This document shows, one piece after another, positions 15,201-27,245 of a stretch of 64,000 nucleotides of DNA. The stretch spans positions 79,112,001-79,176,000 of the forward strand of contig OZ024747.1 of assembly GCA_964016885.1 (NCBI GenBank), in the 5' to 3' direction. The translations under genes were made by a program, and so were the position numbers. The notes beneath the pieces are model-generated. The model saw only the letters and a list, made by a program, of their open reading frames with translations, ran no database searches and was not told where the DNA came from. This DNA is from Eledone cirrhosa. Taxonomy: Eukaryota. Position 1 is the stretch's first letter; the number at the start of each line of letters is the position of its first letter.

Positions 15201-16682
15201 TTTGTACACATATATATACATGCACATATGATGTACACATATATATACATGCACATATGATGCAGTGTATCCATATGTTCAAGCAAAAATAATTATTATT
15301 TGAAAGTAGGACCATTTTTTTAAATATTTTATATGAACCCAACTTCATGATTTCTGTATGGAGGCAGAAGGGAGCTCTGGAGGTTTCAACAATGTGTCCC
15401 AGTTGCTAGATCAGTAGAACAGACAGCTCATGAAATTAACATGCAAGTGGTTGAGTATATAACTGACACGTACCCAGAATGCATTTCTTAATGAGGTTCA
15501 ATGTGACACAGTATGGGACAAGGCTGGTTCTAGGAATTAAGAGATATAATCCATCCAATGAGTTTCTGAACAGTTTCCATCTACCTAGTTTTATTCACAA
15601 GACTTGGGTCACCCTGAACTATGGTAAATGACACTTGCCAAAGATTCCACACAGTTATGTAAGACTTTATGATTTTGAAGGGAACTTCTTAACCATTTAG
15701 CCAAGTTATGTAGACATAACTTGGCTAAATGATTAAGAAGTTCCCTGTAGACCTACAGTATAAAGATAAAAAAAACTAGTGTACTATAGAAGAAATTTAA
15801 ATCTTGTGTGGATTTTTCACTACTATATCTGGTAGCTAACCATATTTCTATTGAAAGACACTGCATATGGTTTTCAAATCATTTTGAAAATAATCAAGAA
15901 TTTGGAGGGATTTAGTTGATACAACTGTGTCATTATTAAGTTGGTGTTTAGAACGTAAAGGTTCTTACATATAATTATGATGGAAGAATTTTAGATGAAG
16001 ATAAACACTACAAAATAAGCAGTCTTGTATCATATAACCAGCAATGGTTTCAGGCAGTTTGGTACCAAAAGGATTAACCCTTCATTACTATAATTCTAAT
16101 GAAATACACAGCCTATGTGTTATAATTAATTTTGGAAATAATTTAATAAAATAGCTAAATTTTTCATTAATAAGCTGATATTTAAAACATTACTTAACAA
16201 AAATTTCTAAAATAAAATCAAGTTTTAATATAAGGATAAACATTTTTGTATCATAAATCCAAAGCAGTTTTGAGCAGTTTAGTACCAAAAGGGTTAATAA
16301 CTGAAAACATTAAATACTTAACCATTGTACTTATTCATTTGTATGACTCATAAAAAGGAGAAGTCAAAATTTTTGTTTAATGAAGTACAACTGAAAATGT
16401 GTAAATTTATAAACTTCTATATTTGTAAATAAAAACACAAGGAAGGAAAATATGTATAATTATTTTGACAGTGTGAAGTATTTTTGGATTTTAATGCTGT
16501 TAAACCAGATTTCTTTTAGTGTCTACTGCAACATTTTTGCCTCAATCCCAAATTTGTCTTCTCAAGTCATTGTAATATATATCTTAGACAATAACATAAC
16601 CTTGGCCTTTGTCACCAGAATCTCAGACAGATAAATGTTTGGTCATTTAATTGGTATTATATTTCTATTTCAATGTATATGT

Positions 16683-16718
<36 letters not shown>

Positions 16719-19677
16719 ATGTACACGTGTGTATGTGTACGTGTGTATGTATGTGAACCTGTTTGTATGCGTGTGTATGTGTAAGCCTGTGTATGCATGT
16801 TTGTGTGTGCTTGTGAGTACATATGCATTTGTGCATGTGCTTACGTTTGAGTGTGCATTTGTGTGTGTACATGCATTTGTGCATGTATATACGTGTGTGT
16901 GTGTATATGCATGTGTTTGTGTATGTTGTGTTAAGTATTTTCCAACCAAAGCTACTTGTCTTTCCTCCTTGTGTACTGAATTTAGCATAGTGCATCTATG
17001 TATTTACATGTAGATATTTATCTGTGTAACTAATAGTAGTGGTGAGAGAGAAAGAGGCCTTCCTAAATGTGAATATATAGTCGGTTAAGGCTTTCTAGTG
17101 TTTGAATATTTTTATTCACTGAAATTTACACTTATTTATATAAATACTTACCTTAGCTAGAATCTTTGTTTCTCTCTCAGACTAAACATACAAATGAAGC
17201 TATGTAATTTGGAAATAGGAATCCACCTATAGAAAGATGGAAATTGTAAGCTTATCACTTGCCAAGTGACCGCCTTTTCGATTACACTTCAGAATGCCTG
17301 CTGATCCTTCTCTCAAACGAAGCACTTAAATGGGGGAGGGGGGTTATAGTCAGGTTTATTTTAATATCACTTTACATTGAAAATGTTAGTAGCTAATTCT
17401 GTGGCTTAGTGGTTAGTGCGTTATGCTCACAACTGTATAGTCATCAGTTTTATTCCTGGACCATGCAACACATTATGTCCTGGAGCAAGGCACTTTATTT
17501 CACATTGTTCCAGTCCACTCAGCTAGAAAACAGGACTTGCAATGACATTGATGCCAAGCTACATTGGCCTTTGCCTTTCCTCTGAACAGCATCAGTGGTG
17601 TGGTTGTCTTCCAGCAAACACTGTGCCCCTGGAGAAGAATTTTTAAGTGTAAACCTATGATGAATCCTGATCATAAGAGGCCTTTAATTCCTTCAAAACA
17701 CCCTTGTTCTATCCAGGACCACCTCCACACTTCATAAATCCTAACATCTACACTCTATGCAGAGTCATTACTCATCCATCCATAAGTCAGGACCAATAAT
17801 GGTGACGATTCTTCTTTGGATCTTATCAAGACTGTCAAGATGCACGACAGGCGTACCACACCAGATGTGGCAACAGTACTCAATATAAGGATAAAAAGAA
17901 GATTTATATAAGATATTTTCAGCTGTGACAAATGTTCAAAAATCAAGGCCTATAAAATAGAGATTCAGCTAGTACCTTGACCTATATCTGATGCCCCTCT
18001 TGCCCTCCCTAAAAATAAAACTTTCAGTACTCTTGAATTTTTTAAGGATGATTTCCTCCAGCTTTGGGGCCCAAAAGGAGTCTTGTACTTTATTACAAAA
18101 TTTCTCTCAGAGGCCCTGTCTGGAATACTGATCAAAACTTTGATGCTTTACATTTTTTTATCCCATCATAATCTTTCCCCTACTACTTTAAGGATATTAA
18201 CCAATGATACTACAATGAAAACAACAGTTCACATTTGTGTTTTGCATCTTATAATCACCTTAATTCAATATTAATAGACCAAACAATGAGGACTTTTTTG
18301 TATATTTTCAACATTTTAGTTGATTTAACATTCTGTAAGAAAATTCATATATTTATAATATTCTAATAAGTGAACACAGTGTTGAGAAAATTTGCAGTTT
18401 TAGAGTAGAAACTATTTATATAGAGACTAATACAGTCATGGTGCTGTTTTGTACTTTTCAAGAATGTTTTGTAAAGGTGGTTTTAGGAGGCACGGGACAT
18501 TAAGAGTTAAGTTAGTTTACCCCAAACAGGCTCACCAGGCCAGAATTGATCTTGGTTTCATTGGTTTTACATAACAGAGTACAAGACACACACCTGGATA
18601 GGATACCAGGACATTGCTGCCACTCATCTTTTTCCAGTTGAGTACTGCAGCAATGTGAAATTAAGTGTCTAGCTCAAGAACAATTGTGAGTCCAATACTG
18701 ACCACTAGGCCATATACCTTCACTATTTCAGCATAGATAGAATATTTTCAAATTCAGATGTCTGCATATCATTACAGTATTTTTACAGATAAATATTTTT
18801 TTTTTTTGCAGCTAATGAACTAGGAATGGTACTCATCAACCAGATAAACTGAAGCAAGCAGAGTAACATTTGACCTAGTGCACAACTCAAAAGCTGTATC
18901 AAGATTTGAAATTCCCTAATCATGCTAGTAGTTGAGAATACATGTAGAAAAGAGCATGAAATGCACCTGATCTCATTTTACATCCAATATTGAGAATGGG
19001 TAAATAGAAACAAATAAGCTAAATGTCAGATAGCTTACCAAAAAATAATGGAATGAAAAAAAAAACTTAATCCAACATTACTCTTCCCTACAATTCAGAG
19101 AAACAAGTAGCACTTGCTATTGAAGGTGAACAGGTTATCTTAAGACTTTTCTAGATATAACAACTTCTTTAACACATGCTTCTAAGGAGTTCAGTTTATC
19201 TCTTCAAGTCTTAAGATGAATACCATGGTAAAGAAGGGTGTGGCACAACTTATTGAAACATCTTATGGAAACAACTTAATTATTTGATCATTAACAGCAT
19301 TAATGGCAGCAAATTGGCATAGTCATTAGAATGTCAAATAGAATGTATTGTTATTCTATCCAGCTCTCTACACTCTGAATTTAAATCCTGCCAAGATCAA
19401 CTTTGCTTTTGATCCTTTCAAGGTCAACAAAAAAAGAAAGTACCAGCCCAGTACTAGGGGTGAGTCTTCCTCTATATCTGATTCTCACTTTCTCTGTCTT
19501 TCACTCCTTGGAAGAAATTAATTGCGTTTAAACTCCGTCAGGCATTATGGATCCATACATAATGGCAATGTTTTTAGTCATTCATTTATTGTATTGTAAT
19601 GATTTTTTATTAAAAAATTCCTTTCAAAAAGTAATTCTGTTGATATACATATATCAGAAATATATATATATATATCA

Positions 19678-19884
19678 GAAATAGCCGTCGAAACAGCTTG
19701 AGCTCTGCCGTCGGGAGTCCAAAAATAGCCGTTGAAACGGCTTGAGCTCTGCCGTCGGGAGTCCAGAAAAAGACGTCAAAACGGCTTGAGTTCTGCCGTC
19801 GGGGTTAAACTTTTAATACTACTCTAAGTATTGAGTACTCTGGTGCGTTATGGTCCATCTGGTTCCTTACCACACCTCCTTCGT
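19678..19884 (+). mobile_element. Short (TA)n-flanked element family X, with three tandem 44-bp modules
   Basis: Module agtccagaaatagccgtcgaaacggcttgagctctgccgtcggg x3, then the shared tail ...taagtattgagtactctggtgcgttatggtcc...cttcgt. Confidence 0.75.
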
Positions 19885-20327
19885 TATATATATATATATA
19901 TATATTGACCTTTTACTAGCTAATTCCTTTTTTTTAATATATTATTTTTTTTTCATTGCAACAACTTTTCATTCAATGACGTTTTCCCTTGAAACAACTT
20001 TTCATAAAATAATTTCGTAAAATATGACTGAAGAGAAGAGTACCTCAAATGTGTTCCTGGCAGCAGGAGAAGAACTTCTAATTATGAAGTCGGCAGATGG
20101 TCTGCCAAAATACTTTATTTGCTGATCTGAATTTGGATTCCAGCTAAACCCCAAAGTGATCTCTGACATGTACTTGATAGCTTTGTTGCTGAATGCTGCA
20201 CAGCAGGAATAAAAACCAATGCTGTGAAGACTGAGACACTAATCCTCTCAAGGAAGCCTGCACACTGTACACTTAATGGGTGCTTTTGTTTCATAGCATC
20301 AGAGCTGGTTTTGTATTAAATGGGTTA

Positions 20328-20640
20328 ATCATCATCATCATTGTTTAACGTCCATCTTCCATGCTAGCATGGGTTAGACGGTTTTGTTCCATTTGATGCG
20401 AGAATGGTCGGGAGACTATGTCTCGCTCACACGGAAGTGTCTAGCAGGTTTTTTTTTACAGCTGCATGCCCTTTCTAACACCAACCACATTTACAGTGTG
20501 GACTGGGAGCCTTTTCCCTGTGTCTCCTACACGCCACCTTACAGTGTGGACTGTTGTGTCATCGACACAGTGAACGGAACGGAAGAGTGAGGGTGGGGTA
20601 GGGTGTGGCGGTTGGGTATACATTGAGTTAAGATATATTT
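20328..20640 (-). mobile_element. RTE-tailed SINE-like element
   Basis: (CAT)n on the plus strand, cgtcc...tagacg stem-loop, gcatgccctttctaacaccaacc body. Confidence 0.7.
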
Positions 20641-21758
20641 TAATATATATTTAAAACAATGAGGTTCTGAACTGCCACCCACTTAGCCTATATATAAATA
20701 AGATACACAGGTTATACACACAGGCATGAGAATACTTATGAATGTCCGGCCACCCATCCAAGTCCCTAAAATTAATAATTAACAATCATTAACTCTGGTT
20801 TAACTAGATTACCCCAAGAGATAAAGTGACATTCCTGTATTAGTATCTATTGGCAACAAATTAACAGAGACTCACAGAGAATTAAGTTTCTTAGTCAGTG
20901 ATAATAAAACGCCTGCAGTAGATTTGAACTCAAAACCTATCAACTATTTGCTTATTTATACTATCTACACACACACACTCACATAGACGATCGCGCGCGC
21001 ACATCCTGTGCCAGGTTAGGTCAATTGAATTAGATTAGTTCAAAGAGGTACTAAGAATGATAAGAATGAAAAGGCCAGATGTGTACACATTACATTGAAT
21101 GGTAGAGGGGAGAGGGGTAACAAAGAAGTGGGGGAGTGGGAGGATGACCACTTACTGACGCAAGTTAACCATGCATTCTTGAGATAATTTACAAAAATAA
21201 AGAGAGGGAAGTCGATGAGTAGAAGTAGAGAGAGAGAGATGGGGAGGGGTTAAAGTATGACATCACAAGTGGCGAAACTGGCATTGGTGACGTCAGTTGG
21301 GAAAGCTAATATATGTGACGTAAAGAAAACTTAATAAATCAACAGATAAAACCACTTGTTCCTTGAATGTCACTAGTGCTCTAATTAAGTATCCTTCTAA
21401 CTAGTGTTAGTTACCATTATGAATTAATTTACAAACAAAACATGACAGAAGCATTAAGTGGTTTCAAAATACCAACCAACATACATATATATAAATACAG
21501 ATATTAAGATAGCGTGTGTGTATATATATATATGTGTAACAGTGCTTAAAACGAGAATTAAATTAGAGCAGATACATAATGCGAGTTTATATGGGCCTAT
21601 TACACAGTGGTGGCCATAACTAGACCCCGAAACCTAAGGTCACGCATACATGTTAAGTGTATGGAACTTTATTCTAAATAAGCTCTCTTGACCTTTTATC
21701 TATTGATATCCTGCATACACACATACGTGTGTGTATGTATGCATATATATATATATAT

Positions 21759-21950
21759 ATAAGAAAATGTTTGACCCCGACGGCAGAGCTCAAGCCGTTT
21801 CGACGGCTATTTCAGTCCAGAAATAGCCGTCGAAACGGCTTGAGATCTGCCGTCGGGGTCAAACATTTTCTTATTACCCACTCTACTACCCTAAGTATTG
21901 AGTACTCTGGTGCGTTATGGTCCATCTGGTTCCTTACCACACCTCCTTCG

Positions 21951-21951
<1 letters not shown>
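21759..21951 (+). mobile_element. Family X copy with a 55-bp fold-back (21759-21813 / 21820-21874)
   Basis: Same module and tail; arms differ at one base. Confidence 0.8.
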
Positions 21952-21988
<37 letters not shown>

Positions 21989-22015
21989 ATAATAATAAAT
22001 ATATATATATATATA

Positions 22016-22200
22016 TCATCATCATCATCATTCATCATTTCATTTTACGTCCGCTTTTCCCTGCTTGCAAGGGTGGGACGGGAACAGATTCTGGCTTGAT
22101 TTCTACAGCTGGATGCCCTTCCTAACACCAACCTCATTTACAGTGAGTGCTGGGTGCTTTTTTGCCGTGGCGCCTACACGACCACTTTGCAGTGGAATGA
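22016..22200 (-). mobile_element. RTE-tailed SINE-like non-autonomous element
   Basis: 3' end identical to the RTE at 33921-33962, plus (GAT)n tail. Body motif ggtgttaggaagggcatccagctgtagaaa. Confidence 0.8.
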
Positions 22201-22489
22201 TAGGGACCCCAGTCCCTATTATCTCATTTCTACAGCTGAGTAAACTGGAGCAATGTGAAATAAAGTGTCTTGCTCAAGGAAACAACACATCACCCGGTCT
22301 GAGAATTGAACTCACAACTTTTCGATTGCAAGGCCAATGCTCTAATCACTAAGCCATGTTATATATATATATATATATATATATAGGACTGGTGGATTTT
22401 CTAATCTACCAGTCTCTTCTTAGCGCTGAGGGAGACCATCACTAATCTATTAATGTCGATATATTTCTTATATCGATATTATTTGGGCA

Positions 22490-22605
22490 TCCACTGATGA
22501 GTTTATAACAGCCCGCGTGTGTATAAAACTATGGATTATATACAAGTTTCTACATAATTATTTATCCCAAATTGTAGAAATCTTATAACGAAACGGCCGT
22601 CTGGA
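22490..22605 (+). ncRNA. Type I hammerhead ribozyme with ~90-nt branched stem II
   Basis: UCCA-CUGAUGA(22494-22500)-guuuauaa...uuauaac-GAAA(22590-93)-CGGCC-GUC|UGGA. Stem III is the palindrome ACGGCCGU. Confidence 0.75.
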
Positions 22606-23449
22606 AGGAAAGAGATATTTATTTAATAATGTCTCATAAAATAATACAACCAGCTATCCACGAAATACTGATTAGTTAGCACCCCAAACACTAAATTGGG
22701 ATAATACTTAGGTATATCCTAATGTTTGTTGAGTGAGATGGAGTTGGTTGGAGTATCGCTTAAGGCTTTCTCTGTTTATGTATTTATATATATATACATC
22801 ACATGCACACGTACATAAGCCCATGCGCATGCACACAACACATACATGTATACACACACAACTTGAAAGTAAATACCTCTACGCACGCCTTCTCCATTCT
22901 ACCCGCCGAGGCTGTGGGGCGGCCAGCACGTGGGGGACCCCATTTTTGTTCATATTACAGAGAGATGGGGATGGCGAGAGAGATGGAAGCGATGACAGTG
23001 GGAGTTCGGCTCTTCCATGTTCGGACACATCAATTCTATGGTGCTGTTGATACTTAAATATCCGACCATTATTCATTCATACATTAGCAAGAGTGGTTCA
23101 ATTAATATTACAGATAGGATTACTGGATCGCTGTATTCACACCCTTATATACATGTACAGTGTCTCTGTGAGAGCTGTTGCAACATTGCTTCCGAACCTC
23201 TTAAACTCCAGGAGGGGCTGGTATGTTTCTTTTCGTGAGGTGTTGGCTCTCCGGGCCCTGAACTGAGGTCTCAACCGAGGAAGGGCCCAGCCGCCTAGAA
23301 GTATGAGGGAAGCCTTCCTGCCCCCAGACGGACGGACACACACACACACGCCGAATGGTCAGTTGGTGACCTCAAACCATTTGGACGGAATTATATGATG
23401 ACATATTTAGAACGAACTGATGTCATTTTACATCACAATATGCGGTGGT

Positions 23450-24195
23450 CAGTGGCGGACTCGGCCTAAAAATATTGGTCGCCAGGAGATGAAGGGGGCC
23501 CACCTATAGAATGCTATCATTTAATTTTTATAATGAATAAATAACATTTTCGAAAAATACATACGTGGAAACAAAACAGTGCAATACAATTTTTGCGGAT
23601 AAAAATTATGTATTTTGCGAAATCCCAGAGACTTTCAATAATGACCAGAAGTCGACCATAAATATTACTAATAGCTCTAGGAAAGCCATGAACGCCACCA
23701 CAATTTTTAACTTTGATTTTGAAAGTAGGTTTATCATTATCAATTTTCATCATACTTTTGTAGGTTTCTCGGTGGCCTAGTTGGAGGAATCATAGTCTGA
23801 AGTTCGATCCTTGTCGGTAGAAGGGTTCCCGGTAAACCTTTTCAGTTTTTTTCTATTGGTTGTAAAATAAAAACTGAAAAAGGTTACATGTACCTTTTGA
23901 CCAGGATCTCCACCGTCTCTGGTACCTACCACTAGGCCACTGAGACAACTACGAAAATCTTATGAAAATTTATACTTTCAAAATTTGGTTGACCAAATGC
24001 TTTGCTTAAATTGTTTTATTTATTTTATAAAAAAATGTTATTCTTTCACTTAGAAGTCAGGTATTTTTTTAAAGCAAGGCATTGGCCCCTAAAATACTAC
24101 AATGGGCCCTGCAATGCTACTGTGGGCTCTTGCGATACTACCGTGGGCTCACTGGGGCCCATTTGCCATTGGGAAACCTGGCCAGTCCACCACTA
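23450..24195. mobile_element. hAT-like non-autonomous TIR element with a nested fold-back
   Basis: cagtggcggactcggcc / ggccagtccaccacta termini; both flanks carry gcggt (partial 8-bp TSD). Confidence 0.55.
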
Positions 24196-24489
24196 GCGGT
24201 AACTTGTTTAATATTTTTGTAGATTTGTTAGTTGTTAATATCTAACGAGACAATAACTATATTTCCAGTATAAAACAATAAAGGTCGTATGATGGATATG
24301 TTTGAAAGTTATGAGGACAGGATTTTCTCTCCAACCAAACACTCAACACTTGAAAAACTGGAGAGAAGGAATATTTGCGGAAAAGTGTGAGTTTGGCACA
24401 GCTTAGGTGGATCTACTTTCAATTTTCGAAAGTACATTCATAATAAGTTAGTGTTGTGAAGTACAATTAAGTAATTGTTATGTACATAG

Positions 24490-24590
24490 TAGTGAGGTGG
24501 TGAAAGCGGACTTCAGATCACTGAAGCTCACGGAGGAGATGACAAAGGACCGTGACAAGTGGAGAGATGCTGTGCTGAATAGGACCCGTG
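24490..24590 (+). mobile_element. ~100-bp fragment of the RTE 3' coding end
   Basis: Closely matches the reverse complement of ~33957-34055. Confidence 0.75.
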
Positions 24591-25029
24591 ATAAAAACAA
24601 AATTAGTTAATAGAAAATAAACTATAGTGTGTTTATTTTTAAGGGGTGGGATGCTGAAATAATCATTGTTTTTGTGCTGTTTTCAACTTGTGGTAGTAGC
24701 TTTTCAAAGTTACATTTGTGCTGGTGTTGTATTTTTTCTTCATATGTAACTAGAACCAGGTAGTAAGCTACGTGTGTGTGTGTGTGTGTGTATAGGTGGT
24801 ATGTGTGTTTGTGTTTATGTATACATGTATGTGCACAACTAAAAACATGACAAAAAGACACCGGTGTAAGAAGGATTCAAAAGCAATTTGCTCTTACCTT
24901 TTATTTAATTTTTATGTTAGTTTTATGTTATCTACAAAGTGCCATTAATTTACTGTTCTGTCCTAATTAAAGATATATATTTATATAATTCATCTCGGCT
25001 CAATGTTAAACTCTTATTACTCTTGTGAC

Positions 25030-25400
25030 AAATAAAGAAATGTCTTGTGGTATTTGTTCTGGCTCTTTAGGCTCTGAATTCAAATCCCAGCGAGGTCATC
25101 CTTCCGGGGTCAATAAAATAAAGTACCAGTTAAATACCGGAGTTGATATAATCGATTTTTCCTTAAATCACTGGCCTTGTGCCAATATTAGAAGGATTTA
25201 TTACTGAGGGTGGTAGGTTAGCAGTATTGGTAGAGGGCCGAACAAGATATTTTGTGGCATTTAGTTACGACGTTCTACGTTCTGAGTTCAAACTCTGCTG
25301 AGCTCAACTTTGCCTCTCATTCTTCCGGGGTCGATAAATTAGAGTACCAGTTAAGTACTTGGATCGATATAATCGATTTTCCCCCCTTTTCTGAAATTCC
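25030..25400 (+). mobile_element. Two older tandem Nin-domain SINE copies
   Basis: Both contain B-box-like (g/a)ttcaaa and tcatc(c/t)ttccggggtc(a/g)ataaa...gtaccag. Further partial copies at ~8855-8960, 9908-10001, 10680-10880, 19303-19460, 46668-46740 and 50448-50534. Confidence 0.7.
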
Positions 25401-25490
25401 TGTCAACCTCTAAAAACCCAAACGGGGAGTACCATGAAAAAAGGAGCCCCCAAAACGAGGAGAAATGAGGCAAAATGGGGAGATTTTACA

Positions 25491-25670
25491 TAATTGTTTC
25501 TACTTTAGGCACAAGGCCAGCAATTACCCAGTACATTACTGGTACTTTATTTTATCGACCCCGTAAGGATGAAAGGCAAAGTTAACCTCGGCAGGATTAG
25601 AACTCAAAATGGCAAGGGCCGTAACTCAATGCGTCAAAGCATGGTGTCCGACCCTCTACCGCTACTGAAG
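25491..25670 (-). mobile_element. Nin-domain SINE nested in a short TIR element (~25399-25754)
   Basis: Matches 10315-10500. Host element ends cctgtcaac / gttgacagg are inverted repeats. Confidence 0.75.
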
Positions 25671-26529
25671 CTATACTCATTTTCACAAGATCTTTCAGCC
25701 ACCCCAAAGTGGGTGGGAGATCTCCCCGTCGGACGGGGGAGAGTTGACAGGTCTGCAATATTAGAAAGAATTATTACTTGTAATGTTATTGTTATGTTTT
25801 TGAGAGGTTATATGTAAATAACCTAGAGCTAGTTGAACTACGCTCTTTTTGGTTCTAGTTTACAATACTTACACTAATTGTAACAATGCGCCCAGTCACA
25901 ATACATACTACTACTACTACTACTACTATAAATAATTATACTATGAGCTAAAAAGGGAGCCCCGTGCTGCTAGAAATAACAATCAAATCTCCCTTAAATC
26001 ACACCTTCTGCATCTTGAGGAAAGAAATCATATATTGGATAATATAATTCCAATGTAGTCCCCCACCAAAAAAAAACAGAACGGACACGACTGAAATACC
26101 TTTGACCAAAAGTCTGTCTACCTGGGTCAATATATATTTTAGGATTAATTAGGATAAATATTGTAGCGGGGTAAGATCTCGTATGAAGAAAATGAAAATA
26201 TGTTGTCCAATTCACAAGATTCGTTACGTCTTGTATATGTTATGGTTAAAGTAAAGGTTAGAATAAGGATTAAGGTTCTCTCGTCTGCTAGTGTGTGTTT
26301 GCTACCGTTTCTTTTGCGTACGTGCGCGCATACATACATACACATATTATATATATATATGTGTGTGAATGAAGTAATTCCGTCGGAAAATAATTATCTT
26401 ATGTTGTTTATTACATAACTATATATATATATATATATTAAAATAACAGAATAAAGTTTAAGCTAAGCAAAGAATCGGTGTTTATATATTATTCCCAAAA
26501 TTTTCACCGCAAGCGAATTTAAATAAAGA

Positions 26530-26809
26530 ATAATGGAAAAGAGAAACTTGGAACGGAAAGAGGAGTTTGAAAGTAAAAAAAAGAAAATGAAAGGATTTAA
26601 AGGCAAATAATTGGAAGGGTTTGAATGGAAAGAATTTGAAGGATGAGAATTGGAAAAATTGGGAAGTCGGAAAGGAAAGAGTTGGAAAGATTTGCAGGGA
26701 AAATTGAAAGCATTAGAAGGAAAAGAATTGGAAGGAAATTAATGAGGTGGTTTTGAAGGAAAAATTAGGAGGATTTGAAGGAAAAGAATTATAAAGTTTT
26801 TAAGGTATT

Positions 26810-26876
<67 letters not shown>
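26530..26876. repeat. Purine-rich degenerate minisatellite (ttggaaggaaaagaa-like) ending in (GA)n
   Basis: Directly visible; pure (GA)n at 26811-26876. Confidence 0.8.
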
Positions 26877-26880
<4 letters not shown>

Positions 26881-27245
26881 TGGAAGATGAAAAAAGAATT
26901 AAAAAGAATATTAATAAATAATTAGGGGGAGGAAGCAAATATTAGAATAAAATATGCAGAAAGAATTAAGGGAAAAGTAGGAGGAGAAAATTGAGAGGAA
27001 ACGGAAATATTCAGGAAGAAATTTGAAATTGTAGAATTGGTAAAACATGTTCTGTGTACGAGAAATGGCAGATGATAATGAACAGCAGCGGCTATGGCGA
27101 TAACACCATCAACAAATTCTTTAGTCAATTTGATAAGTTTGTGAGTATGTAAGACAATAGATATTATATCAATATTGTTAAACGTCATCTAACGGACTAC
27201 ATCATAACAAAAGTCTGAACACTAAACTGAAATAATAGCCACTAC

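Noticed and set aside
19678-19805. CRISPR-like look of the 44-bp repeats (also the 48-bp repeats at 53679-53955)
   Set aside because: No unique spacers, no cas genes, and eukaryotic context; these are head-to-tail tandem units.
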